The notes under the pieces were generated by a model. That model did no database searches and was not told the origin of the DNA. It saw only the letters and a list, made by a program, of their open reading frames with translations. Positions 19,328 to 29,221 of a stretch of DNA of 64,000 bases are shown here, one piece after another; within the stretch, counting starts at the first letter, position 1, and each line of letters starts with the position of its first letter. The translations under genes and the position numbers were made by a program. The DNA is from a virus (lineage: Duplodnaviria; Heunggongvirae; Uroviricota; Caudoviricetes): the IMG/VR virus record IMGVR_UViG_3300042922_001018. One strand, written 5' to 3'.

Positions 19328-19903
19328 ATGACGAACTTCCGCATGCACAAGGCGCTCTCCTGGCTGAAAGACGCTGAAGTGCATCTGGTGACGGTTCACG
19401 GGTCACACCTGTATGGCCTGGCGCACGCAGACTCGGACAACGACATGTACACGGTCGCTGACCTCCCGATGTACCGCCCCGTTCAGTCGGTGGACGGTGA
19501 CGATGACAACACCATCGTCCCGCTCGATGCATTCTTCGACGCGTGCTGGCATGGACAGCCGAAAGCGCTCGAAGCGCTGTGGTCGCCGACGGCCGTGAAG
19601 AGTCCGCTGCTGGTAGAGTTCTCGCGTACGTTCCGTGTGGGTTCAGGGACGGCGCAGGACTCCTTCCGCCGCACGCGTGAGCATCTGTTCCGGGGTGAGA
19701 ACATCAACAAGATGAAGAGCCGTCGTCACGCTCTTCGGCTGGCGGTCCAGCTCCGGTCCATCATGGAGACCGGCCGTTTCAATCCGGTGCTGAACGACCA
19801 CACGAAGTTCTTGCTGACTCGTGTCGCAACTCGATACGACACACAGGAGACGTTCATCCCCGTGATGAACGCATGGTTCGACTGGGCTTCAGACGTTCAC
19901 TGA
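19328..19903 (+). CDS. Pol-beta superfamily nucleotidyltransferase (YcgL/RlaP-like)
   Basis: HGSHLYGL....SDND motif. TTGACG-N17-TAAGCT-N6-ATG promoter. Confidence 0.8.
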   Translation: MTNFRMHKALSWLKDAEVHLVTVHGSHLYGLAHADSDNDMYTVADLPMYRPVQSVDGDDDNTIVPLDAFFDACWHGQPKALEALWSPTAVKSPLLVEFSRTFRVGSGTAQDSFRRTREHLFRGENINKMKSRRHALRLAVQLRSIMETGRFNPVLNDHTKFLLTRVATRYDTQETFIPVMNAWFDWASDVH

Positions 19904-21147
19904 ACTCGGCTCGGCGCGTTCCCGCTGCCCGGCCAGGTGACGTTCTTCTCCAGCTCGCGAGCTTCCCTCGTCATGTACTCGCGCATTCCCCGTCGCTGCA
20001 TGACTGTGTGCACGATAGCTCGGTCCGCTTCGATGAGTTCCTTCATCTTCGCTATCCTGGTCGTCTTCTCTTCGAGCTTCTTCGCGTCGAAAGAGATACC
20101 GAGAGGGGTGTCGAGCGCGCTGGTCAACGCATGCGCGAGGGCTGGAGGAGTCGCCGGGTCGGCAAGAGCTTCGTTGGCTGCGGCAACTGCTTCGGTGGCT
20201 TGGACAGCCTTGACGTACCCTTCCCATTCACGGTGGGGGTTGCTGTACTTGTCGTAGTACCAGACGTTCGTGCTCGCCGCTGAAGTCTGGTCGAGGTCAC
20301 CGTTCAACACGGCGAGCTTCGCATCGAGAGCATCGAGATGCTCCTGGCTGGGAAGTCCGCGGGTCTGGAGTCCGGAGGGGAGCCGGTTGTTGTCCTTCAA
20401 CAAGTCCTCATGGCCGAGCTTCTTGGTCTGCTCGCGCAGCTCTGTGATGCGTTCGACTGTGACCGGGTTCCGAGGGAACACTACCCACGGAGCCGTGTGA
20501 CCTTCGGCGATAGATTTCTGAAGGTTCCGCGCCTGCTCCTGGTTCCGCGCCTGAGCCGAAGTCTCGAACAGCGCTTGGGCTGCGTCACGGTCCACCTTGA
20601 AGGCGAAGTTCGCGTAGGTACTGTCTAACGTGTTGTCTTCATCCACAATGAAAGCGGGATGCTTTTGTAGGTTCTCTACAACGGCGGCAAGACAATCGGA
20701 GTCGTGATTGTCCCCATCGTCACAGTAGCAGTACCGGCCACCGGCTCCATTGCGCGTGTGGACCATGGCAACGGGAGTACGGCCGGTCCAGCTATCTCCT
20801 GCACGCACGGTTGGCCACTTTTCAAGCGGCTTACCAAGGTCGGGCCAGGCTAGCCACGGACCGCTTTCGAGGCGACCGAAGTCCAACTTCAGCTCGTTGT
20901 TGAGATGGTCTTCCATAGTCGTGAGCTGACGCTCACCCAGTGACTCGAACTTCTCCGTCCACCGCCCGATGATGCTCTGCCCTTCATGGTCGAGCGGTAC
21001 GTCATCCACGGTGAGGCCGTATCGCTCCAGTGCAGCCACCAGTTCGGGGGCCGCGGTAGACACGAGTGTTACCTCGGCGGCGGCGCCGGTTCTCTCTGAG
21101 AACCTCCCGGCGGTGTCACGCAGGACAGCAGTCTCGTCGAAGGGCAT
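19897..21147 (-). CDS. Tagged hypothetical protein
   Basis: Start MPFDETAVLRDTAGRFSERTGAAAEVTL, 8 nt after CCGCCTACA. Confidence 0.8.
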   Translation of the reverse strand: MPFDETAVLRDTAGRFSERTGAAAEVTLVSTAAPELVAALERYGLTVDDVPLDHEGQSIIGRWTEKFESLGERQLTTMEDHLNNELKLDFGRLESGPWLAWPDLGKPLEKWPTVRAGDSWTGRTPVAMVHTRNGAGGRYCYCDDGDNHDSDCLAAVVENLQKHPAFIVDEDNTLDSTYANFAFKVDRDAAQALFETSAQARNQEQARNLQKSIAEGHTAPWVVFPRNPVTVERITELREQTKKLGHEDLLKDNNRLPSGLQTRGLPSQEHLDALDAKLAVLNGDLDQTSAASTNVWYYDKYSNPHREWEGYVKAVQATEAVAAANEALADPATPPALAHALTSALDTPLGISFDAKKLEEKTTRIAKMKELIEADRAIVHTVMQRRGMREYMTREARELEKNVTWPGSGNAPSRVQ

Positions 21148-21155
21148 GTCTCGAT

Positions 21156-21164
21156 TGTAGGCGG
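21156..21164 (-). promoter_or_regulatory. CCGCCTACA element (N8 to ATG 21147)
   Basis: Exact motif. Confidence 0.75.
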
Positions 21165-21201
21165 ACTTGACGCGTTGCACAAGCCCGAGTAGACTCATGG
21201 C

Positions 21202-21600
21202 ATGGATGACCGCAGGAACTACCTCGACCTCCCCGAGAACCCGACGTTCAAGGAGGCGCTCGATTACGCGCTCGCCGACATGTTCCGGGGGCCGGAATCC
21301 GCGTTCCCAGTGTATCCGGATGCCGAGCGTTCTACGCACCCGATGTGGAAGGACTGGGATGAGGTGTCCCGGTACCTTCACGCGGTTCGCGACGGCGAGG
21401 ATGTGTCGGGGTACGAAATCGTGAAGGTCTTCTCAGTGAAGACTGTGGACTGGACCGAGTTCCTCGACACGGTGGCAGGCAACTCCGACCACGATGGCCT
21501 CGTTGCGGAGGTGGAGCGCGCCGACGGGTGGACCGGTCGCTACTGCATCGAAATCTCGTTGGCCAAGGCCATCAGCGCGTTGCAGGAGACACTCCGATGA
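21202..21600 (+). CDS. Hypothetical protein
   Basis: TTGACG-N17-TAGACT-N6-ATG promoter. Confidence 0.7.
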   Translation: MDDRRNYLDLPENPTFKEALDYALADMFRGPESAFPVYPDAERSTHPMWKDWDEVSRYLHAVRDGEDVSGYEIVKVFSVKTVDWTEFLDTVAGNSDHDGLVAEVERADGWTGRYCIEISLAKAISALQETLR

Positions 21601-21782
21601 GCGGGTCGGTGATGGCTCGCTCGGTGGGCTTGGAGACATGGCCGTATTGCTCGACCGTACAGTGCATGGAATGTAGCGCGATGCGCGCGGCGGGCATGCC
21701 TGCGTCGCCGGTTACTCCACGTCTTCCGCTCCGTGTACGCCTGCGCCTTGCGTTCGAGCGATTCTCTCGCTAGACTGCTGCC

Positions 21783-22052
21783 ATGATGTACGGCAAGCAG
21801 CTCATGGACGCGTTCGACGCCGAACGTCGGGACTTCCTTCGTCGTGACGAGTTCGCGGCGGCTGAGGTGATGAGCAACATGGAGAGCGCGGTGAACAACG
21901 TCATGCACGGACGCCCCGCTCAGGAGATTCATGACTACGCCGTTGACCACATCGGCCGCGTGCTCGGCGATGGCCGTATCGCGCTCTACCGTGCCGAGAG
22001 GGACGCGTACAAGTACGCCCTCGATGTCATCGACTCGGTGCCGGTGCCGTAG
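21783..22052 (+). CDS. Hypothetical protein
   Basis: TAGACT-N6-ATG. Coding-like codon usage. Confidence 0.65.
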   Translation: MMYGKQLMDAFDAERRDFLRRDEFAAAEVMSNMESAVNNVMHGRPAQEIHDYAVDHIGRVLGDGRIALYRAERDAYKYALDVIDSVPVP

Positions 22053-22060
22053 ACCGGTCG

Positions 22061-22288
22061 TTACTGCGTTGCAGCGACGCGCACAACCCCGGTGGGAAGT
22101 GTAGCGTTGGTCCGCAGCTCGCGCTTCAGCGCGCGCGTGATACGGCGTGCGAGCACCTCGCCTTCCATGCGGTCGGCTGCGTGTCCGATAGCCCGGACAG
22201 CGCCGTTCACTCGTACGACAGCGCGGTAGCCGCCGTCGTAGAGTCCGTAGACGAGGGAGGTGAATGTGGGTCGTGGTGTTCTAGCCAT
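22061..22288 (-). CDS. Hypothetical protein
   Basis: TACACT-N7-ATG leaderless start. Confidence 0.5.
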   Translation of the reverse strand: MARTPRPTFTSLVYGLYDGGYRAVVRVNGAVRAIGHAADRMEGEVLARRITRALKRELRTNATLPTGVVRVAATQ

Positions 22289-22458
22289 CAGGCTAGTGTA
22301 CCACCGCGGTCATCACTCGCGAGCTTCTCCCAGATAGGCATACCACCTTCGTTCTCCCAGCCGAGTTCATCGTCAGCCGCAAGCACTCCTGCGGTCGGGC
22401 TGACCTTCGAGTCGTCCGGCTCTTCGGGATGGCGCTGGTTCTCTGCCATGCCTCCAGT

Positions 22459-22653
22459 CTACACCCGGAGGAAGATGCCCTTGCGCGCGAGCCGGACGAG
22501 CTTCCGGGCGCGGAGCTGCGCAAGCCAGAGCCACGACGCATAGGTCGTGGCTACCACGGAGCCGTTGGCGGTGTCGATGAGCTGGATGACGTAGTCGTCG
22601 TTGATGTAGCTACCGAACCCGATGGCGGTGGTGTACTGCGGAGAGGTTCCCAT
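22459..22653 (-). CDS. Hypothetical protein
   Basis: TAGAGT-N6-ATG leaderless start. Confidence 0.5.
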   Translation of the reverse strand: MGTSPQYTTAIGFGSYINDDYVIQLIDTANGSVVATTYASWLWLAQLRARKLVRLARKGIFLRV

Positions 22654-22839
22654 ACCCTCACTCTAGCAAGTGTTGCGCGATGTCGCAAGCCTGTGATACA
22701 GTGGCACCATGAACAAGTTCTACTAGGTCATCCCTTACCTGGATTCCGGGTGATGCAAACCGTACCACGCTAACCGTAGCTGTACACAGTTTGTTCCAAT
22801 CACCCATAGCCAATCGGCACCAGACAAAAGGAATCCATC

Positions 22840-23439
22840 ATGACCACGTTCACCCGCACCTCCCGCCTCGACAAGCGCGACGCTCACCTCATCGCGAAGC
22901 ACGGCGATGACATCAAGTCTCTCCTCGTAGAGATGCGCGAGCACTCCGCCCGCGCTCCCTTCGACCCGGCCACTGCTTCGTTCGATGAGATGAAGCTTCG
23001 CTTCAACACCATCACTGCGTACGCCGACTCGGTGCTCTCGAAGTTCCCGTACGCTCAGCGTGCCTTCTTCCCGCACAACCTCTCTGGCGTCCCCATCGCG
23101 TTCATTCCGGCTGACTCTCAGTTCATCGAAGTGGTGCTCCGCAAGCGCCCGCACCGCTACGGTGTCAAGCCCGCGGAGACCCCGTACGAGTACCACTCGG
23201 TGCTGCTCCCCGCAGAGCTGTTCGGCGGTCGTATCGGCGCCATCACCAGCTACACGCGGACGACCCTGCGGTCCAACCGTGACGACCAGGCTCGGAAGGA
23301 CCGGGAGGCCGCTGAAGCTGAGCAGAAGCGCCTCGTGGCCGAGCGGGACAAGCTGGACAAGGACATCGCTGCGGCCGAGAAGAAGCTCGAAGCCATGCGT
23401 GAGAAGAAGGAGAAGCTCCCGGTCCCTGCGACGGCGTGA
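22840..23439 (+). CDS. Hypothetical protein with C-terminal coiled coil
   Basis: RBS AAAAGGAA. Strongly biased codons. Confidence 0.75.
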   Translation: MTTFTRTSRLDKRDAHLIAKHGDDIKSLLVEMREHSARAPFDPATASFDEMKLRFNTITAYADSVLSKFPYAQRAFFPHNLSGVPIAFIPADSQFIEVVLRKRPHRYGVKPAETPYEYHSVLLPAELFGGRIGAITSYTRTTLRSNRDDQARKDREAAEAEQKRLVAERDKLDKDIAAAEKKLEAMREKKEKLPVPATA

Positions 23440-23487
23440 TGATGTGATGGGTGAACCGTGCGAGTCACATACGGTTCACCCATCACA

Positions 23488-24012
23488 TCACTCCGATAGG
23501 GAAGATGCTATCGCGTATTCAATCGCGACCCCATTGGCGTGATATTCCTGGATGTCGCTCTCATAAAGCCCCGCGCGGATTAGAGCGGCCGCGTATTCGA
23601 CAGGCACACCCGCGGTATGCAATCTCTCAGAAACTTCTACAGGTGCCGGAAAGCTTGGACCGCCCTCTTCCATCAGGTGCAAGGCATGTGCAGTGTTCAC
23701 CGCGCCGATGTACTCGGGCGGCGTAGAAGATGCCATTGCATACTGGAAGTCTACGTCATCGCCCATGTGAACAGCTAGCGTGACTGCCGCAACCCTCTCT
23801 GGCGTGAACCCATGTTCGTAGGCGTGCTTATATGACCCCGCCCCGTCTCGATGGTCTCCGCCTCCGCTTGAAAGCTGTTCTACTGCGCCCTCGCGCAGTA
23901 GACTCCAGGAGGGAAGGTCTTCTTCGTTCTGTGGCCCGAAGTTATCGGACCACATCCTTTCTTCGGCGCCTCGGGCGTCCCGTAACCACGCGGAGAAAGG
24001 AATCGTGCTCAT
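23488..24012 (-). CDS. G[VI]PxEY C-terminal-motif family protein
   Basis: AGVPVEYA...NGVAIEYA. Confidence 0.7.
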   Translation of the reverse strand: MSTIPFSAWLRDARGAEERMWSDNFGPQNEEDLPSWSLLREGAVEQLSSGGGDHRDGAGSYKHAYEHGFTPERVAAVTLAVHMGDDVDFQYAMASSTPPEYIGAVNTAHALHLMEEGGPSFPAPVEVSERLHTAGVPVEYAAALIRAGLYESDIQEYHANGVAIEYAIASSLSE

Positions 24013-24057
24013 ATCCCGATGTTACCAGCAGCGTACAGCTCTGGTGATTGAAGCTGG

Positions 24058-24591
24058 TCAGTCTTCCATCACCAGCTCTACCGCGAACTCGGCAGCGATG
24101 CCCTGCGTGAACACGTCGATGATGCGCCCCGATACCGGGCCGTACGCCCGCAATAGCACTGCTGCGTACTCCGCGGGTACTCCCGCCGAATGAAGGCTCT
24201 TAGTCGCGAACGTCGGGTACGGGCTAGGGCTGAACCCTTCCTGTATGAGCCTGTCCTGGTAGGCATCATTCACTGTGCGCTGATACGTTGCGGGGATACC
24301 GCTTTCGATAGCGCGGAGAAGGTCGCCATCATTACCTTTCCAGACGGCTCGGGACAGCTCTGCCATCTCCTGTGAGCGGATGCCCAGGTCGAACGCACGA
24401 TGGTAGTGCTTGGCTGCGGTGCTGTGAGGCCAGAGCTGACGTGCATCGAGGTAGTTGTCCCAGTCGGCCAGGCTCCACTTCGGGCGCTGGAAGATGTTGT
24501 GACCTACCTCGCGGTACCAGAGCGCTTTCTCGGCCTCGGACACGAGCGTTGCCCATCGGGCGATAGCGGCTTCTCGCTCCTTCAAGTCCAT
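24058..24591 (-). CDS. G[VI]PxEY C-terminal-motif family protein
   Basis: AGVPAEYA...QGIAAEFA. Confidence 0.7.
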   Translation of the reverse strand: MDLKEREAAIARWATLVSEAEKALWYREVGHNIFQRPKWSLADWDNYLDARQLWPHSTAAKHYHRAFDLGIRSQEMAELSRAVWKGNDGDLLRAIESGIPATYQRTVNDAYQDRLIQEGFSPSPYPTFATKSLHSAGVPAEYAAVLLRAYGPVSGRIIDVFTQGIAAEFAVELVMED

Positions 24592-24592
24592 G

Positions 24593-25030
24593 TCAAGTCT
24601 CGATGACGTTCAGCGCTTCGCGCAGCATCCGGAGTTGGTCTTCTGTGGCTTCGACCGGCGCTTTCGTCTTGTCGTAGAACTGACGCGACGGAATAACGCC
24701 TCGTACACCTCCACGAGGGTCTGCTACGTCCCCTGGGCGCCGTGGGATGAAGTGCCCGTGTGCGTGCATGATGGTCTGCCCGGCAGCGGGTCCACAGTTC
24801 CAGCCGATGTTGAAGTCGGTGACTCCGGCGGCGCGATGAGCGCGAGCGAGAGCGTCGAAGACGCGATGGGTGTCGTATCGCTCCTCTTCGCTCAGTTCGA
24901 AGTAGTCGGAGCGGTGCTCGACGGGGATGACAAGCACGTGTCCAGGTGCGACAGCATACCCGTCGAAGACGACGTAGACGGAGCCGAAGCGCTCTCCCGT
25001 GACGTTGCAGAAACGGCAGTCAGTGCTCAT
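24593..25030 (-). CDS. HIT-family nucleotide hydrolase
   Basis: CRFC, PGHVLVIP, AGQTIMHAHGHFIPR, DPRGGVR. Confidence 0.92.
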   Translation of the reverse strand: MSTDCRFCNVTGERFGSVYVVFDGYAVAPGHVLVIPVEHRSDYFELSEEERYDTHRVFDALARAHRAAGVTDFNIGWNCGPAAGQTIMHAHGHFIPRRPGDVADPRGGVRGVIPSRQFYDKTKAPVEATEDQLRMLREALNVIET

Positions 25031-25042
25031 GCGCTCGCCAGT

Positions 25043-25297
25043 TCAGGAGAGGACCGCTGCGACTTGGAAGGCAGCGGTCAGCAGGAACAGCGCCAGGGCG
25101 CCAATGAAGATGAGCCGGTTGGAGGCATCCGGGTATCGACGCAACATGATGAAGCTGGTCACCGTGAACACTGTCAGGCCGATAAGGACGGAGTACAGAG
25201 GGGCGCCGATGAGTGCCATGATGATGGTGCCGACGGCCGAGCCTAGCTGTACCCAGTAGAGACCGGGGACGCGCGGCTTCTCGTTCTGCTTCTGCAT
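25043..25297 (-). CDS. Small membrane protein
   Basis: Three hydrophobic segments. TACGCT-N6-ATG. Confidence 0.6.
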   Translation of the reverse strand: MQKQNEKPRVPGLYWVQLGSAVGTIIMALIGAPLYSVLIGLTVFTVTSFIMLRRYPDASNRLIFIGALALFLLTAAFQVAAVLS

Positions 25298-25335
25298 AGC
25301 CTCAGCGTATCACATGAGCGCGAGGCTCAGCCGAA

Positions 25336-25863
25336 TCACGATTCGGTGTCGTACCAGCTCTCGATGTGGAAGAGCAGCGGGCCGTCGATACTGGGGACGA
25401 TGAAGCTCTCGTAGTCCTCGTGCCAGATGATGCGGCGTCGGTCGCTATACGGCAGCTCCACATCGGCGTAGTGATACGTGATGACCACGCGCGGGACGTG
25501 CTCACCGCTGGACCACCGGACCGGTCCTTCTTCATCATCGTCCACGTAAGCGGTGTGGTCGAGCGCCTCTTCGTCGTCGCGCGGGATGCCGCGGAACAGC
25601 TCTACTCGTTCCCACCCGAGTGGGTGGGCCTTCAGCGTGCGGTCTTCTTCGTTGGGCAACGGGTCATCGTCCCGGTCGAAGACGAGGGTGATTTCCCAGT
25701 GGTCGGGGTTGAAGTCCAGACTGAACGTCGGCGTATAGATGTAGAGGTAGCCTTCGGCGTTTATCTCCACATGCCCAACGTCCTCGTGCCCCGCGAGCCG
25801 GGGGAGTCCGATGGCCTTGCGGCGGGGGACTTTCGGCAGGCGGGGCACGAGGTCGTAGAACAC
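25336..25863 (-). CDS. Hypothetical protein
   Basis: Coding-like part of the ORF following the upstream stop. GTG start inferred. Confidence 0.5.
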   Translation of the reverse strand: MFYDLVPRLPKVPRRKAIGLPRLAGHEDVGHVEINAEGYLYIYTPTFSLDFNPDHWEITLVFDRDDDPLPNEEDRTLKAHPLGWERVELFRGIPRDDEEALDHTAYVDDDEEGPVRWSSGEHVPRVVITYHYADVELPYSDRRRIIWHEDYESFIVPSIDGPLLFHIESWYDTES

Positions 25864-25870
25864 GAAGCGC

Positions 25871-26539
25871 TTACTCCTCGGTGTCGTCGAGCGGCTTGAT
25901 GATGGGTTCCTGCGTGCCGCTGTCGTAGATGTCCTCGACCTCGGGGGTCGTGATGATACGCGAGGCGCGGTCGAGGGCTGCCTGACCGGTGTAGGTCTCC
26001 CCACCCTCTTCGATGACCATGAGGTCGGTGGGGGTGCCGCCGACGAAGGTGTCGAGCACGAACGAGCGGAACAGGTCAGCGGTCGTCCACGTCTTGTACT
26101 CAGCGACCATGTCAATGAGCTTCGACTGGTAGTTCTTGAAGGACGCGCGGTTCGAGATGACCTCGTCCTGTACCTTCGAGTACATCTCGGTGGTAGCGGT
26201 CAGGTCGGGGTAGGCCTCGGCGATGGCCGAGAACATGGAACCGCCCGTGCCCGGTTCCATAGCGCCGTCGTAGCGCCCCTGAATGGCGTCGGAGAGGATG
26301 TCGTTCAACTTCTCGCTCTGACGGTCAGCGATGCCGAGGGTCTCGTTGATGGTGAGGATGTTTCGCGAGAGTTCGTTCTTGTTGTCGCCGTACTGGGCGA
26401 CGATGCGGTTCTCGCGTTCGATGGCGCCCCCGCGCGCACTGTTCACGGTGCTGTAGCCGATGATGAGGGCGATGATGAGAGCGACGGCGATACCGCCGAA
26501 GATGATGAGCTTCTTGGTGCGGGGCGAGAGAGCAGCCAT
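25871..26539 (-). CDS. LemA-like membrane-anchored protein
   Basis: N-terminal TM then helical domain (ENRIVAQY, AIAEAYPDL, I...R..F...Q..L). RBS GAAAGGAAG. Confidence 0.6.
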   Translation of the reverse strand: MAALSPRTKKLIIFGGIAVALIIALIIGYSTVNSARGGAIERENRIVAQYGDNKNELSRNILTINETLGIADRQSEKLNDILSDAIQGRYDGAMEPGTGGSMFSAIAEAYPDLTATTEMYSKVQDEVISNRASFKNYQSKLIDMVAEYKTWTTADLFRSFVLDTFVGGTPTDLMVIEEGGETYTGQAALDRASRIITTPEVEDIYDSGTQEPIIKPLDDTEE

Positions 26540-26601
26540 GAGACTTCCTTTCATGAGGTCTGTGTGAAGAATAGCACGAGTGCGGCGTCGGCCGCAAGTT
26601 G

Positions 26602-28044
26602 TCAGTGCTTCGCGTGCCAGCGCCGGTTGAGTTCAGCGAGCGGGTCCATCCAGCCGAGCGGCTGAGGGCTGTACGAGCCGTATCCGTAGCGGCCACGCAC
26701 TGACATGGTGGGGGTGTATGCCGCCCAGAAGCCGAACGGTACGAGAAGCAGAAGGCTGAACACGGTCGCGAGGACGTAGAGGAGGGTCTGCTGCCCATCA
26801 TCCGGCTCCCAGCCCGCTCCCAGGTATTCGAAGCCCGAGCCGATGTCATCTTCATCCACGGCGTCCATACTGATACGCGCGAACTTGTTCGGACCGAACA
26901 AGGCATCCTCCAGGAGGCCGTCCGTTTTCGTGACACGTTCGGAGCCGGGCAGGAGCACCGGATGTCCGAGGAAGTTCTCGTCGATGACCTCACCTGTCAG
27001 CGTGCTCTCGATGGCGGTGGCGAGACGCTCGTTGCCGACGGGCATGCCAGTGAAAGCTCGGGTCCACTCAGCGGTGGGCTTGCCGTCCTCTGTCCCCACA
27101 CCGACGATGACGACGACTGCGTTCTTGGGAAGAGCGAACTTGCCCATCTCCGCACTCTGCCAGTACGCCATCAGGGTGAGGCCGTAACGCTCTGCTTCGC
27201 TGGAGGGGACATCGTTCTCGTCGAGGAACACGACTCGCAGGTCTCCCTGGAGTTCGCTGCCGAGCGCGGCGCTCAGGTACATGGCGTCCTGTGAAAGCTG
27301 CTTGCGCTGCTCGTCATCCAGCTTCGGGCCTCCGAGGAACTGCGACTTCTCCATCTGGTAGATGTTGTGGAGGTCTTTGCTGATGGGCATGAGAAGGCCT
27401 TCAGCCTTGTACTCGTCGATGTCGGCTGAGTAGTGCTTCAGGATGGACGACTCGGATGCGAGGAGGTAGTTCTTGTACGAGTTCTGCTTGAACACGCCGC
27501 CCGGCTCACCCGCGTCGATACGGGCCTTGGCAGCGCTCCAGACGGCCGGAGGCTCGGTGACCTGCCCGCCGGGGATGGAGCGGTCGCCGCGGTACTGAGG
27601 GCCGGTCATGAAGGTTCCGACGTGGTAGTCCCCGAGGGTCGTACTGATGGTGTACGAGGTCTCCTCGGTGGAGTACGGGCAGTCGTGGTACCGAGTCTCG
27701 CTTCGGACACGGGTCTGCGTCTTGCCGTCACCGTCGGTGTAGGTCTCGACCCACGTGTACGTGTACGGGTCGCAGTGGTATTCGTTCTGGCACGAGCCGT
27801 CGCGTTCGCAGGGCTGAGTGGAGAGCGAAGTTGCGGCTTCGTAGCCGCCCCAGAACTCCTGGAACGTCTGCTCATCGTTCTTCATGATGGTCGTCCCGAT
27901 ACCCCACGTTGCGGGGCCGACGATGGACGCCACGAGCAGTCCCGAAAGAATCGAGACTGTGAAGTTGACGAGGATGCCGCGGTGGTGGAGGAACCAGCCG
28001 ACCGCGCCAGCGACAGCACCGAAGATGAGAGCGAACCAGAGCAT
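26602..28044 (-). CDS. Membrane protein with large extracytoplasmic (possibly TPM-like) domain
   Basis: N- and C-terminal TMs, Cys-containing loop, W....KNAVVVIVG motif. TTGACA-N18-TAGGAT-N6-ATG. Confidence 0.65.
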   Translation of the reverse strand: MLWFALIFGAVAGAVGWFLHHRGILVNFTVSILSGLLVASIVGPATWGIGTTIMKNDEQTFQEFWGGYEAATSLSTQPCERDGSCQNEYHCDPYTYTWVETYTDGDGKTQTRVRSETRYHDCPYSTEETSYTISTTLGDYHVGTFMTGPQYRGDRSIPGGQVTEPPAVWSAAKARIDAGEPGGVFKQNSYKNYLLASESSILKHYSADIDEYKAEGLLMPISKDLHNIYQMEKSQFLGGPKLDDEQRKQLSQDAMYLSAALGSELQGDLRVVFLDENDVPSSEAERYGLTLMAYWQSAEMGKFALPKNAVVVIVGVGTEDGKPTAEWTRAFTGMPVGNERLATAIESTLTGEVIDENFLGHPVLLPGSERVTKTDGLLEDALFGPNKFARISMDAVDEDDIGSGFEYLGAGWEPDDGQQTLLYVLATVFSLLLLVPFGFWAAYTPTMSVRGRYGYGSYSPQPLGWMDPLAELNRRWHAKH

Positions 28045-28189
28045 GCCCTCATCCTAGGGCTTAGCGACGGCCTCTGTCAAGTCGAGGATGGGAAACGGCC
28101 ACGGTCGAACTCAGCGACCTGCAAGGCGTATCGTTTCTTCATGAGCAGAGCGAAGAGCAGACCGCTCACGGCCAGGCCTCCGAGGAGGT

Positions 28190-28906
28190 TCAGGAAGCCC
28201 AACGGGTTCCGCCTGTGTACCCGTGCTTGTTCTTCTCGGCACCCCACACGTAGTCCGCGTAGCGCTCCTCGCCTACCAGAACCGTGAGGACCGTCTTAGA
28301 CTCGTGTGCGAACGCGAGTGCGGCTTCCGCTTCGGCGTACGGGTGGGGACCAGGCTCCGGCGAGTAGCCGTACTCGCGTGCGAAGTCTTCCACGTCGTCC
28401 ATCGAGAACTCTTCGGCGACCTGAGCGGTCTCGGCGAGCGCGCCCATGGAGTCGCCGACAGAAGGCGTCTCAGTGACTCCGAGGCCGGTGCCGTAGTCGA
28501 TTTCCGCCTGGCGGAGGAAAGGACCGTCCTTCACAGAGAGGCGGCACTTGTAGTCGTAGGACGGAGTGCCGTCATCGAACAGCGTCGCGCCTTCGACACG
28601 TTCAGCGACACCGCGAATCTTGTCCTGCTGGGAGAGGAAGTTCGCACGCTCGAACACGTCATCGAACCCGGTCTCGTCCGCGTTGCTGGAAACACGGACG
28701 GTTCCGTTCGGAAACCTGGATGCGCGCAGTGCCGTCTTGCCGGGGCGCATCGGCCGCTTCTCGCCAATCTCCATGACAGGCTTCTGAGCCTCGCGAGAGT
28801 GCAGCGCATCGCTGAGCGATACCTCGGGCGCAGTGCCGTTCTTTTCGGAGAACCGTCCGCCCTGGTCGCGTACTACCTTCGCTTCTTCGAATGCAAGATT
28901 GGTCAT
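28190..28906 (-). CDS. Tagged hypothetical protein
   Basis: MTNLAFEEAKVVRDQGGRFSEKNGTAPEVSL. Confidence 0.8.
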   Translation of the reverse strand: MTNLAFEEAKVVRDQGGRFSEKNGTAPEVSLSDALHSREAQKPVMEIGEKRPMRPGKTALRASRFPNGTVRVSSNADETGFDDVFERANFLSQQDKIRGVAERVEGATLFDDGTPSYDYKCRLSVKDGPFLRQAEIDYGTGLGVTETPSVGDSMGALAETAQVAEEFSMDDVEDFAREYGYSPEPGPHPYAEAEAALAFAHESKTVLTVLVGEERYADYVWGAEKNKHGYTGGTRWAS

Positions 28907-28913
28907 GTGTGCC

Positions 28914-28922
28914 TGTAGGCGG
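28914..28922 (-). promoter_or_regulatory. CCGCCTACA element (N7 to ATG 28906)
   Basis: Exact motif. Confidence 0.8.
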
Positions 28923-29221
28923 GTCATGCCGTTGCGGGCATTAGTCGTATGACCGGCGACAGCATGTTAGCGTCCCGTCGCATTGCACGAGTTCGATGGG
29001 ATTCGTGAGCGGCCACATTTCGAGACTCTCCTCGGCTGAGGATTTCTTGGGCGCTCGACCGTCTCGCAGCATCTCTGTGGTGATGTAGTTCAACTCTTCG
29101 GGGACAGGACTTTCCGTGAGGTGACTCGCAGAATGCGCAAGCAACGTCTGAGGTTGTACCCAGGTGGGGCGTCTAGAACTACCAGACACCGTTCAGTCTA
29201 CGTCTTCCTCTTCGCGGAGCA

